In this document: in pieces, positions 53,995-62,221 of the stretch
Layout: the number at the start of each line of letters is the position of its first letter
Position numbering within the stretch: position 1 is the stretch's first letter
IMG/VR virus record: IMGVR_UViG_3300008740_000006
Location: 1 to 62,221 of that record
DNA length: 62,221 bases
Reading direction: 5' to 3' (one strand)
Origin: a virus
Taxonomy: Duplodnaviria; Caudoviricetes
Program-made: the position numbers and the translations under genes
The notes under the pieces: generated by a model
Database searches by the model: none
Told to the model about the DNA's origin: nothing
What the model saw: only the letters and a program-made list of their open reading frames with translations

Positions 53995-54863
53995 TGGCTA
54001 TCTCCCTTTTCTCTGGCCCATTGTGGGCAGAAACTTGAAACACCGCAGTAGTTCCCTTCGCAGCGAGTGTTGATGGCTGGCCTTTCGTGAACGTAGAGAT
54101 TCACGCGAGAGCTTTTTCTGGTTTGCTCATCGACATATTGGTTCGCCTCGTCCCTGGTACTGCAAACTTTCTTGGCCCTCGTTGCTGAGCTTGAATGGAC
54201 TGCGAATTTTCCGGGTTGCTGCCACTGCTCTTCCGGCCAGCACTCAGAGTTCTCATTCAGGTGGGCTCCGATTCTTCCATGCAGGTAAGACACAATTGCA
54301 TGTTCGGACCACATGATGATTGGCATCCTGACAACGGGAGCCTTGGGGTAGTTGGCATACCTCTTCAGGTTGGCTCGCGACCAGTCCCGCAGGATCGCAA
54401 TGACCTCAAGCTTCGCAACCTTTCTCTCGTTGGCGCGAAGTAACTGGGCGTAGCAATTCAACTGCTCGATCCATTCCCGTTTCCCGGTTGGGTTGAATTG
54501 AATCGCTGAGGTTGAACAGGTCTTCCAGTCGGTTATGATTGCACCTTCGTCTGTTGGAGACTGGAGATCGATTTGACCACTGATCTTCATCCCGTCCATC
54601 TCCATGTGGAGACGCTCTTCAACGATGGACTCTTCCCCGGCACCTTGTCGCAAGATCTCGTGAACTGCTGTTCCGAGGATGGACATAACATTGTCGGAGA
54701 TGTCTTCGCTGAGTTCGTCAGCGTATTCGGTTCTGAGTCTGTGAATCTGGGGACTGTCAATCAGGGAAGTGACAGTGATGTCTGCACCCTCGGAGTCGTG
54801 TGGATTTCTTTCCGAGAAACGTGTGAAGGCTTCAGGAAGATGGTACTTGTTTGTTAGTTTCAT
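53991..54863 (-). CDS. PD-(D/E)XK exonuclease (Cas4/RecB-like)
   Basis: GTAVH...VEER...ISGQID...DWK...QLNCY; C-terminal RC..YC.V..FC Cys cluster. Confidence 0.85.
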   Translation of the reverse strand: MKLTNKYHLPEAFTRFSERNPHDSEGADITVTSLIDSPQIHRLRTEYADELSEDISDNVMSILGTAVHEILRQGAGEESIVEERLHMEMDGMKISGQIDLQSPTDEGAIITDWKTCSTSAIQFNPTGKREWIEQLNCYAQLLRANERKVAKLEVIAILRDWSRANLKRYANYPKAPVVRMPIIMWSEHAIVSYLHGRIGAHLNENSECWPEEQWQQPGKFAVHSSSATRAKKVCSTRDEANQYVDEQTRKSSRVNLYVHERPAINTRCEGNYCGVSSFCPQWAREKGDSQ

Positions 54864-54893
54864 TCGTTGTCTCCCCTTCGGTGTTAGCACATT

Positions 54894-55346
54894 ATGGTAC
54901 AGCATGATGAAGGCAAAGCAAGTAACGAGGGTGTCTTTGAGTGCATGATTCTCGGTGAACCTGCGAGTGCAAAGAACCAACGCAGAATTGTTCAGGTTGG
55001 TGGTAAGCCCAGGTTGATCAAGTCCAAGAAAGCTTTGGACTACGCAAAAAGTTTTGAGGCCCAGTGCCCTGTCTTGCCGGAACTCATCACAACAGATGTC
55101 TCATTAAGGCTCGACGTTTGGTACGGATCGAGGCGTCCAGATCTAAGTGCGTGCGATCTCATCATGGATTTACTTCAGGGACATGTGTATAAGAATGACC
55201 GCCAAGTCAAAGCAACGATGTCTATTTGGAATCTTGATCGGGAAAATCCAAGATGTTTGATAAGGGTGATGAGCCTGGATTACGAATGCTTGTCAGGTCT
55301 ATCGTCATTGGAGCCCTCAAAGATCTGGGGTCTGGATCAGATTTAG
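54894..55346 (+). CDS. rusA: RusA-like Holliday junction resolvase
   Basis: GEPASAKN...RRPDL...IMDLLQG.VYKNDRQV...ENPR. Confidence 0.85.
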   Translation: MVQHDEGKASNEGVFECMILGEPASAKNQRRIVQVGGKPRLIKSKKALDYAKSFEAQCPVLPELITTDVSLRLDVWYGSRRPDLSACDLIMDLLQGHVYKNDRQVKATMSIWNLDRENPRCLIRVMSLDYECLSGLSSLEPSKIWGLDQI

Positions 55347-55522
55347 ATAGAGAGAAGGTTTGTTCTTGGATAAAGACTCGTCACTTTGAAGAGATGTGTT
55401 CCTTTGCTGGTTGGTCCGATGAGTGGATGGTCGATGTGTTCAGGCGTGTTGACGAGTTGGAGGGGGAGGTTCGCAAGTCAATCAGTGATCAGTGCATTCA
55501 CATGCTCAAGTTTATTCCTTGA
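55253..55522 (+). CDS. Hypothetical protein
   Basis: RSIVIGALKD...W....HFEEMCSFAG pattern common before phage primases. Confidence 0.6.
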   Translation: MFDKGDEPGLRMLVRSIVIGALKDLGSGSDLDREKVCSWIKTRHFEEMCSFAGWSDEWMVDVFRRVDELEGEVRKSISDQCIHMLKFIP

Positions 55523-57274
55523 ATGCCACAAACACAGGAGAAAGATGTGGATATAAGTTACGGCATCAAAGATGCTGTTATGTCTTTGGGTCTGTCGCCC
55601 GGAGTACAGACAAGAATCCAGTGCCCAGAGTGCAGCGAACACAGGAGAAAGAGTCGGGAGAAAACGCTGTCACTGAAGGTCGAGTCTGATCATGCTTTGT
55701 ACCAATGTTATCACTGCAACATATCTGGTCGTGTACATCTTGATTCAGTTGCTTCTCGTAGCAATGGATTGAATGGGACAAACATTGCGAAGAGAGAGAT
55801 CCCTGAAACTGTCGAGCTAGATGAGTCACATCTTGAATGGTTTGGAACCAGGGCAATCAACCAAGAGACACTCTCTCGCTGTGGTGTCGTGGCGAGTGAT
55901 GTCTATCTGAAGACGAGGGGCAAGAAGATCAGTTGTGTTGGATTCCCATACAAGAATCCAGATGGAACGATTGCTGCCATAAAGTTTCGGGATTCGATGA
56001 AGAACTTTTCCCAGGTTGGATCGGCCAACAGCCTGTGGAGGATCGAACAATTTACTGGTGGTGATCTTGTTGTTTGCGAGGGAGAGTTGGACAGTCTTTC
56101 CTACGAGCAGGTTGGAATCTTCTCAACCTCTGTTCCCAATGGCGCACCTTCTGGAACACCTTCTCGGAAGACAGGGAAGTATGACTATCTTTGGGAGGGC
56201 AGGGATGCCCTGGCAAATGCTGACAGGATTCTCATTGCAACTGACAATGATGGACCCGGTCACTTGCTTGCAGAAGAGATTGTCAGGAGATTGGGCAGGG
56301 GAAAGTGTTGGCGTGTTGAGTTTCCAAGTGGCTGCAAAGATGCATCAGACGTTTTAACTAAGTTCGGAGAGGATGCGCTAAGAGAGACAATTGAGAGGGC
56401 TACTCCGTGGCCCGTTATTGGCATTCGTGATGCGTCCGAGTTCCGAGAACGAGCGGTCAAGTTGTACGAGGGCGGCATGGATCGCGGCGTTTCGATGGGG
56501 ATGCCAGCCCTCGACAGGATCTTCCGGGTTACACCACAACAACTCACTGTTGTGACGGGTGTCCCAGGCTCTGGCAAAAGTACGTTCCTGACGTTCCTGA
56601 GTGTCCAGCTTGCGAGGCTCGGCTGGCGATCCGTTGCAATCTCTTTCGAGACACCTACCGAGATACACGTTCTTCAGTTGGCATCTTGTTACTTGGGCAA
56701 ACCCTTCAGGGGTCCGAACAAGATGAGTAAAGAAGAACTGGATACTGGTTTGGACTGGGTTCAAAACAACTTCACCTTCCTGTCGGAGTCGGACACAAGC
56801 ATAAGTTCTGTACTTGATCGAGCAGCAATCTCGATCATGCGTCACGGTGCAAGGTTCCTGACGATTGACCCGTTCAATTTTCTAACCCTGAATGATTCTT
56901 CTGATAACTCCGTTTCTCAGATCAATCAGTGCCTGACCAGCCTGAAGAACTTTGCAGTTGAGCATGACGTAAGCGTGGCACTCGTTGCTCATCCGGTGAA
57001 GATCTTTCGAGGGCCGGATGGACGAATGCCGCAGCTTGACCTGTACTCAATCTCTGGAAGTTCTGGCTTTGCGAATACGTCAGACTCAGGTCTTGTTGTT
57101 TCAAGGGGTGAACAACTAGGTGAGAGCTATGTCGAGTGCGTGAAGTCAAGATACTCGTGGCTCGGTTCTCTTGGTGGGACAGTGTTGGAACTTGAATCTG
57201 AGACAGGGGTATTCACGGCACCGTTGTTGGGTGGGGGCAATGACCAAGAGGCTTTCGATTTCGATGATTTCTGA
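55523..57274 (+). CDS. Bifunctional primase-helicase (T7 gp4/Twinkle-like)
   Basis: Zn finger CPEC...CYHC; TOPRIM VCEGELD, TDNDGPG, KDASD; Walker A TGVPGSGKS; IDP, VAHP. Confidence 0.93.
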   Translation: MPQTQEKDVDISYGIKDAVMSLGLSPGVQTRIQCPECSEHRRKSREKTLSLKVESDHALYQCYHCNISGRVHLDSVASRSNGLNGTNIAKREIPETVELDESHLEWFGTRAINQETLSRCGVVASDVYLKTRGKKISCVGFPYKNPDGTIAAIKFRDSMKNFSQVGSANSLWRIEQFTGGDLVVCEGELDSLSYEQVGIFSTSVPNGAPSGTPSRKTGKYDYLWEGRDALANADRILIATDNDGPGHLLAEEIVRRLGRGKCWRVEFPSGCKDASDVLTKFGEDALRETIERATPWPVIGIRDASEFRERAVKLYEGGMDRGVSMGMPALDRIFRVTPQQLTVVTGVPGSGKSTFLTFLSVQLARLGWRSVAISFETPTEIHVLQLASCYLGKPFRGPNKMSKEELDTGLDWVQNNFTFLSESDTSISSVLDRAAISIMRHGARFLTIDPFNFLTLNDSSDNSVSQINQCLTSLKNFAVEHDVSVALVAHPVKIFRGPDGRMPQLDLYSISGSSGFANTSDSGLVVSRGEQLGESYVECVKSRYSWLGSLGGTVLELESETGVFTAPLLGGGNDQEAFDFDDF

Positions 57275-57848
57275 TCTGTTCATGAGCGAGGAACAGAGGA
57301 AGAAGTTCTCGGTGAAAAAAGAATACGTTGACTACCGACAGGTTGTTTCAAGAAACAGGATCCAGAACCAGACGATCTATGACGTGTTGTTTGTTAGAGA
57401 TTACATCGAGCAGGCCCAGCATGAGGCTGCGATCTTGTTCATGGAAGAGTTGTCACACTCAGGTGCCAACCCGGCAAGTGTGAGCCTCGATGCGATCAAC
57501 CATGTTCCTGCGTACTTGGTTGGAGACAGAATGTCAGAGAGACGCATGGCTTTCTCCGACTCATATCGGAGCATGGTGTCTGCGTGCGGCAAGCGCAGCG
57601 CGAACTACATGATGACCACTGCGGCAAACGTCTATGTCTTTCCTGGGGCATCTGCTCCAGGGACTAGCGAGAAGCGGAATGACCAAGAGGATTTCGCGAA
57701 ACGAGTGGCTCGCTTGATTAGCCCTCCGCTCTGGGCGCTCGCCGCCCACTTCGGGACAGACAAGAAGTCTGACCCACGCAACATCATCCGCAGGCAGATG
57801 GGTCATCGTAACCACAAACAAAAAAAGCCCCGGAGCAGATGCGGCTAA
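57264..57848 (+). CDS. Hypothetical protein (possible late-transcription regulator)
   Basis: Follows primase-helicase; QTIYD.L..RDYI...QHEAA; function is inference only. Confidence 0.55.
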   Translation: MISDLFMSEEQRKKFSVKKEYVDYRQVVSRNRIQNQTIYDVLFVRDYIEQAQHEAAILFMEELSHSGANPASVSLDAINHVPAYLVGDRMSERRMAFSDSYRSMVSACGKRSANYMMTTAANVYVFPGASAPGTSEKRNDQEDFAKRVARLISPPLWALAAHFGTDKKSDPRNIIRRQMGHRNHKQKKPRSRCG

Positions 57849-57865
57849 GCATCCACTCCGGGGCT
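57819..57865 (-). terminator. Terminator at convergence of early arm and replication genes
   Basis: Minus strand AGCCCCGGAGUGGAUGC...GCAUCUGCUCCGGGGCU-UUUUUU. Confidence 0.8.
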
Positions 57866-57879
57866 AGGTCTTCTCTTCT

Positions 57880-58161
57880 TCAGTTGAGTTTTGTGTTGAG
57901 TTTGTCGAGGCTAACTCCATCCACTGCTGGCTCGACGCAGTAGTAGTCCTCGATGCTGATCTCTTCCCCACCTTCCAAGTCGATGGTGTGTGCCAGAAAC
58001 TCCCAGCAGGGAAAGACAGTGATGAGTCCTGTCTCGAAATATCCGGCGATAAACTCGCCAGACTTTGTTACCAGAATTGATTCGGGCCAGTGCTCTGGCT
58101 TGTCCTCGGCATCGCAGTTCAGTTGCATCAACACATCGGATATCCCACTCATCAATCTCAT
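57880..58161 (-). CDS. Hypothetical protein
   Basis: 93 aa, ATGA overlap. Confidence 0.6.
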   Translation of the reverse strand: MRLMSGISDVLMQLNCDAEDKPEHWPESILVTKSGEFIAGYFETGLITVFPCWEFLAHTIDLEGGEEISIEDYYCVEPAVDGVSLDKLNTKLN

Positions 58162-58400
58162 TGCGTACCCCTGATCTCAAGTATCGCAGCGTCCAGTATT
58201 TCCTTCGACTCTCTTGAGAGAGAGAGTCCCTTCGCATCGTTGCTCAACAGGAACGTGATGAGATGGTTCTGAATCGTTGAGAAAACTTCACTCTGATGCT
58301 CACCACTTCGAAGAGCCTTGATCGCTTTGCTCTTCAAGTCCTGCTTCAAGATCTTCAACTGACTCTGTTGCAGTGGGCTCAGGCTGGTCGCTCTCTTCAT
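58158..58400 (-). CDS. Hypothetical protein (MKRATSL...)
   Basis: 3' part of ORF 58158..58496; overlaps the tail of the Arc-like gene; start uncertain. Confidence 0.4.
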   Translation of the reverse strand: MKRATSLSPLQQSQLKILKQDLKSKAIKALRSGEHQSEVFSTIQNHLITFLLSNDAKGLSLSRESKEILDAAILEIRGTQ

Positions 58401-58593
58401 CTTGCATGTCCCATCCGTATGGTGCGTGATCGTTGATCCACGTCTTGAGGATCCACGCCACTTGATTGCTGAGGCTTCTACTCTCTCGGTCTGCAAGGTC
58501 TTGCAGGTAGGCCTTCATCACTTCGCCATGCTTGACTGGCAGGCTTACGACGATCTGTCGCTTGCGCCTGTCGCGTGCTTCAACTGACTCCAT
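58300..58593 (-). CDS. Arc-like ribbon-helix-helix regulator
   Basis: IVVSLP...LQDLADRESRSLSNQVAWIL; GAGGAG SD. Confidence 0.75.
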   Translation of the reverse strand: MESVEARDRRKRQIVVSLPVKHGEVMKAYLQDLADRESRSLSNQVAWILKTWINDHAPYGWDMQDEESDQPEPTATESVEDLEAGLEEQSDQGSSKW

Positions 58594-58638
58594 GTCACTC
58601 TCCTCGGATTGAAAGGGTCTTGGTTAGGGTTGGGTTCA

Positions 58639-58679
58639 TTGACTGTCAACTGTTCTATATACACTTCATTGTGTACATA
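58639..58679. promoter_or_regulatory. AT-rich promoter/operator region with two inverted repeats
   Basis: TTGAC-T-GTCAA and TATATACAC-N6-GTGTACATA between a terminator and the Arc-like gene. Confidence 0.45.
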
Positions 58680-58684
58680 CTCAC

Positions 58685-58727
58685 AAAAAAATGGCCGGGA
58701 CCCAGGTCGCTCGCCTGGACCCCGGCT
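58685..58727 (-). terminator. Rho-independent terminator
   Basis: GCCGGGGUCCAGG...CCUGGGUCCCGGC-CA-UUUUUUU. Confidence 0.8.
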
Positions 58728-58728
58728 C

Positions 58729-59135
58729 CCCCCTGGCTGCCCGCCCTCACGCTCTAGGTGGCTCAGGTGTGGCTAGAAGGCTTACGAGAATGCCCTGTAA
58801 GGGACGTTCTCGGCTTTCCTGCACTCCCGTAGCCCTGCCTCTCGTAGAGAGGCGTACAGCGCAGTACGGGAGGCGTGGAGCATCTGGCTTATATGGGGTG
58901 CAATGCACCCATCTCATCCGGTGTCCACCCCCCGCGCGAGAGGTGGACGTTGGGCGGTTCGGCTCCCTCCCTGGGAGGGGAGGCAAGGCGCGAGCCAGGA
59001 GGTGCGATCACGCTCCCCCCGAAGCGTCCTCTGGATACCGGCGAGGAGGTCCGGGTTCTGGGTCAGGCTACGTCATATCCGATGCACCTCGATGGATCGA
59101 TGGCCGCACCCAACTGATCGGGTTGGTGCGGGACG
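58729..59135 (-). ncRNA. Large structured non-coding RNA candidate
   Basis: Long-range stems 58729-38/58993-59002 and 58741-46/58952-57 enclose at least 5 hairpins; G-U pairs favour the minus strand. Confidence 0.6.
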
Positions 59136-59147
59136 TTAGGTTCAGCA

Positions 59148-59321
59148 TCAGTCAATCCTCTCGACCTCGTTGATCGGAACCGTTCGCCTGTCGAGGGTTC
59201 CATCGTCTCGGCTTCGCGAGATGTTCACGCGAAAGCCTTCGGTGTTGGTGTCCCAGACCGAGGTCACCTCGTAGAGGTCACCACTGAATCGAACAAGGTC
59301 ACCAGTGATCACTGTCTTCAT
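59148..59321 (-). CDS. Small hypothetical protein (SH3/KOW-like beta pattern)
   Basis: MKTVITGDLVRF...YEVTSV; AAAGGGAG SD. Confidence 0.6.
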   Translation of the reverse strand: MKTVITGDLVRFSGDLYEVTSVWDTNTEGFRVNISRSRDDGTLDRRTVPINEVERID

Positions 59322-59410
59322 GAGTTCTCCCTTTCTTTTGTTGGTCCGAGTGAACAGGCGACCGGACTCGACCCGGTCGCCCATCACAAACGTGTACTTG
59401 AATCCACCCC

Positions 59411-59992
59411 TCACTTGAGGCGCGAATACTGGAGACGTTCCTGGCTTGCCCGCCCCTTGTTCAGTGACTTGTAGGTTGAAGTGAGAGCGTGGCAGTTCGG
59501 GCAGATGAGTCGAAGGTTTTCCTCGGTGTTGTTCGAAGAGTCGCCGTCGATGTGGTCAACCTCCAAGGCGACTCGCCCGCTGAACGGATTGACCTCGGAC
59601 CATCCGCACTCGCAGCATTCGTTGTCGAACTTCTTGAAGATGAAGTTACGAACAACAGTCTTCAGCCTGCCACCAGCCTTGGTCCCACTGTCCTCGCCAG
59701 ACTTCCAAGCTTCCAAGATCTTCGAAGACCTCTCCGCATTCTGGCAGGCGTTGTCGCAGTACTTGTTGTGTCGCTTGTTTCTGGTTGCAGGGATCTCTTC
59801 ACCGCAGTGAGCGCAACTCTTCTCACCTCCTGCGATGCGAGCGAGTCCCTCCCTAACACGTTCAAGATCTTCGGGTGCCCCCAGCTTCCTCGCAATCTGC
59901 TCCACCGTCATACCCTTCTCGTGCAACTTTTTGATACGCGCGTCCTTGTGATTGAACATCTTCCGCTTATCTCCTTTGCTTGTAGCAAGCAA
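59411..59992 (-). CDS. HNH endonuclease
   Basis: CAHC...YCDNAC; CCECG...LEVDHIDGDSSNN.EENLRLICPNCH; N-terminal HTH-like segment. Confidence 0.9.
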   Translation of the reverse strand: MLATSKGDKRKMFNHKDARIKKLHEKGMTVEQIARKLGAPEDLERVREGLARIAGGEKSCAHCGEEIPATRNKRHNKYCDNACQNAERSSKILEAWKSGEDSGTKAGGRLKTVVRNFIFKKFDNECCECGWSEVNPFSGRVALEVDHIDGDSSNNTEENLRLICPNCHALTSTYKSLNKGRASQERLQYSRLK

Positions 59993-60005
59993 TTGCTAGT
60001 CCCTT

Positions 60006-60260
60006 CTAGTGTCCGCGATTGCGGCGGCTATGTGAAATGGCTTTCGTCAACGTCTTGCCGTCGAACTCCCAGCGAGTTCGTTGCTTGCTTGCAGGTGAGC
60101 GACCGGAAGCGTGATGACTTCCAGCCTCATGATTCGCGCCGCGAATCTTGTAGCCGCAAGAGCATCGAGGCTTTCCGTTGCTAGGCGGGGTGCGACTCAG
60201 CTTCTTCGAAGTGATCCACACCTTCCCAGCCTTCTTCTTCTCAGCGTCACTCATCGTCAC
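60006..60260 (-). CDS. Hypothetical protein, CxC...H..GxHH putative Zn ligands
   Basis: CSCGYKIRGANHEAGSHH. Confidence 0.5.
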   Translation of the reverse strand: MTMSDAEKKKAGKVWITSKKLSRTPPSNGKPRCSCGYKIRGANHEAGSHHASGRSPASKQRTRWEFDGKTLTKAISHSRRNRGH

Positions 60261-60459
60261 TTTCTCCTCTCCCTTCTCGTTGTCCCAACTCGAAAGCGTA
60301 CTGCACTAGATCCTCGACGTGATAGTTGTCGGGATGGTTACCGTCGAAGAACGCTTCCAGCTTCGGGAACTTCTTGAAGACCTCTCCCCAGAGGGTCTTC
60401 TTCCCATTGCCAAGCTTGATGTACCTCACTTGCCAACTCCCCAGGGACAGTCGGGGCAA
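60247..60459 (-). CDS. Hypothetical protein
   Basis: 70 aa ending YAFELG; start uncertain. Confidence 0.45.
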   Translation of the reverse strand: MPRLSLGSWQVRYIKLGNGKKTLWGEVFKKFPKLEAFFDGNHPDNYHVEDLVQYAFELGQREGRGESDDE

Positions 60460-60765
60460 CCGACTGACCCATCATCGCAGTCCCATGCTGCTTCCTTTGT
60501 GTGCCCGTTACTGAGCGCAGTCCCGATGCATGCCAGTTCGTTGGCATCCTCTTCGGATCGAATGCTTGCCTCTGCAAGCGCACTCACGCATTGCGTCTTC
60601 ACTTCTCCTCTCCTCTCAGTGCCTTCAAGTCTTCTTCCTGCTGGAACTCATGAGCGTCACGCGCGCCGATGCTCCAGCCTCGATTGAATCCGATCTCTCT
60701 GCCATGCATGTGCGTTGCGTAGAACAGTGCGAGTAGTACCAGCGAAATCCCAAAGTCAATCAGTG

Positions 60766-60969
60766 TCACTTCGCTTCCCCTCCCTGCTCCAGCACGCGAA
60801 GAAGGGCGGCGAACTCATGGTCAAGCAACACACTCGCCGGGACATAATCCGAGATTATTTGAGGGACAAACTCCTCAACCATTTCTATTGCTTCTCGCTG
60901 CGAGCTATCGCCCGAAGCATTGTCTCGCGCAAGTCCAAGAACAATTCCGATGGCTCGTTGCATGTTCAT
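60766..60969 (-). CDS. Hypothetical protein
   Basis: CTAACGAAAGGGAAA leader. Confidence 0.6.
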   Translation of the reverse strand: MNMQRAIGIVLGLARDNASGDSSQREAIEMVEEFVPQIISDYVPASVLLDHEFAALLRVLEQGGEAK

Positions 60970-60984
60970 ATCGTTTCCCTTTCG

Positions 60985-61200
60985 TTAGTTGGTTTCAGTA
61001 TCCCAGTAGCTGTCATCGTCCACTGTCTCACTGTAGTTGGCCGAATCTGATGCTTCGTTCTCATAAAACTGAACATCGATTCTGAAGTGGAATCCGGTTG
61101 GCTTGAAGTTCTTGTTACGCAGAGAGCGCAAGACGATACTGGAAATATCTTGTGAATCGCTCATGTCGAAACTTGCGAGATCTAGCTTGATTCTGGGCAT
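60985..61200 (-). CDS. Hypothetical protein (MPRIKLD...)
   Basis: CTAACAAAAGGGAAA leader; acidic tail. Confidence 0.6.
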   Translation of the reverse strand: MPRIKLDLASFDMSDSQDISSIVLRSLRNKNFKPTGFHFRIDVQFYENEASDSANYSETVDDDSYWDTETN

Positions 61201-61305
61201 CAAAATTTCCCTTTTGTTAGTTGTTTTCAATGGTGCAAGCGCATGACGAAGGTCATGCGAGGAAGGTTGCCCCCTGGCCCGCAGGCCAGGAGGTCTTGGT
61301 GTCAC

Positions 61306-62221
61306 TCACCCAACAACGTCGATCTCTACGGCCAAGCCGTAGGGAGGTTTGTTCCACTTGCTCACCGGATCGGTGCTTGCCCAAAGGATCGGGCACTTGG
61401 GTGCCGGTCCATATCGGCTATCGCCCAGGTCAGTGAAGACCACAACTGCGTCGGCCTTCTGTCCGTAGCGTCGGTACCAGTTCGACATGCAAGTGAAGTT
61501 CGTTCCGCCTCCGACATTGAAGTTTGTCGGAAGCTTCTTGCCGTGGCGCACCTCAACAACACTGTCGGAGTGGATCGATGTAGAGAAGGGAACCACTGTC
61601 ACCTTCTCGATACGAACCTTCTCCCGAAGCTTATCGATGTTGTTGAAGCAAGCGATCAGTCGGCGACGATCCATCGAGTAGGAAACGTCAACGAAGATGA
61701 GCATCTCGTTGATGCCACTGCAAACCTGACCGGGGATGGGAATCCCAAGAGCAAGACCTCGACGCGACTGCTTCCGGTAAGACGTACCGACCGGAACCCC
61801 TCGCTTCGAAACCCACTCGTTGAAGACCTCGGTCCACGAAGCCTTCGGCTTGCGAACCCGCTCGATGCCGAGACGAAGACCACCTGCACCTTCGTCACCT
61901 GCACGCGCGATCCCTCGCCGCAACTCCTCACTCAGGTCAGCGAGTGCCTTCTGACACTCCTGCTTGTCAAGCGGCTTGCCTTCATCATCGAGTGCCGGGA
62001 AGACCTGACCGAGTGAACCGCTCTCATCGAAGCGCGGAACAACTCGCTCACCATCGTTCACGTTGTCATCGTCGCCGCCAGCATTGGAGTCGCCACCCTC
62101 TCCGTTGCTTCCGGCATCGCTGCCATCGCTGGTGTCTCCCTGGTTCCCTTCATCACCCTGGTCCCCCTGGTTCCCCTGGTCACCGGAGTCACCGGAGTCA
62201 CCGGAGTCACCGGAGTCACCG
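61306..62221 (-). CDS. C-terminal half (acidic linker + VWA domain) of the same DUF2201-type protein
   Basis: Frame is open to the window end (GDSGDSGDSGDQGNQ...). VWA MIDAS-like motifs IFVDVSYSM, GGGTNF and VVFTDL. Confidence 0.85.
   Translation of the reverse strand, partial: GDSGDSGDSGDSGDQGNQGDQGDEGNQGDTSDGSDAGSNGEGGDSNAGGDDDNVNDGERVVPRFDESGSLGQVFPALDDEGKPLDKQECQKALADLSEELRRGIARAGDEGAGGLRLGIERVRKPKASWTEVFNEWVSKRGVPVGTSYRKQSRRGLALGIPIPGQVCSGINEMLIFVDVSYSMDRRRLIACFNNIDKLREKVRIEKVTVVPFSTSIHSDSVVEVRHGKKLPTNFNVGGGTNFTCMSNWYRRYGQKADAVVVFTDLGDSRYGPAPKCPILWASTDPVSKWNKPPYGLAVEIDVVG
62160..62221 (-). repeat. 9-bp GGTGACTCC (Gly-Asp-Ser) tandem repeat at the contig break, continuing at bases 1-45
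   Basis: caccggagt repeated at the end; related units caccggagtcaccatcgtcaccagagt at the start. Confidence 0.85.

Noticed and set aside
58810-59062. RNase P RNA (CAGAACCCGG and AGGAAAG resemble its conserved regions)
   Set aside because: The motifs occur in the wrong order and are incomplete, and the P4 pairing could not be built.
1-62221. Stop-codon reassignment, integrase/att site, or DNA polymerase
   Set aside because: Core genes are full length under the standard code with all three stops used; no recombinase or polymerase motifs were recognised.

Overview
The window looks like an essentially complete ~62 kb tailed dsDNA phage genome with podovirus-like architecture and a probable Gram-negative host (spanin-like pair). 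The contig opens inside a GDS/GDQ low-complexity repeat of a metallopeptidase-VWA gene whose two halves sit at the two window ends. Layout: (i) a minus-strand early arm (57.9 kb to end, then 1-4.6 kb) with MoxR-type AAA ATPase, DUF3150-like, peptidase-VWA, HNH, Arc-like and small genes; (ii) a ~1.5 kb non-coding region; (iii) a plus-strand virion block (terS, terL, lysozyme, portal, GroES, scaffold, gpT-like capsid, adaptors, tail fibres, nozzle, ejection proteins, a 4253-aa polyvalent protein, lysis genes); (iv) a recombination/replication block (SNase, SSB-like, Sak-like SSAP, PD-(D/E)XK nuclease, RusA, primase-helicase). I recognised no integrase, DNA polymerase or CRISPR array. Most unusual signals: a 117-nt tRNA-like gene whose anticodon arm is replaced by a multi-hairpin kissing-loop domain; a giant virion protein built from effector cassettes separated by a repeated GRAA(V/L)RR linker; three covarying copies of an H-type pseudoknot; a ~275-400 nt structured RNA candidate; and a 72-bp ABC-ATPase signature fragment in place of the second catalytic motif of the SNase gene. 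All family calls come from motifs recognised by eye; no database searches were run.
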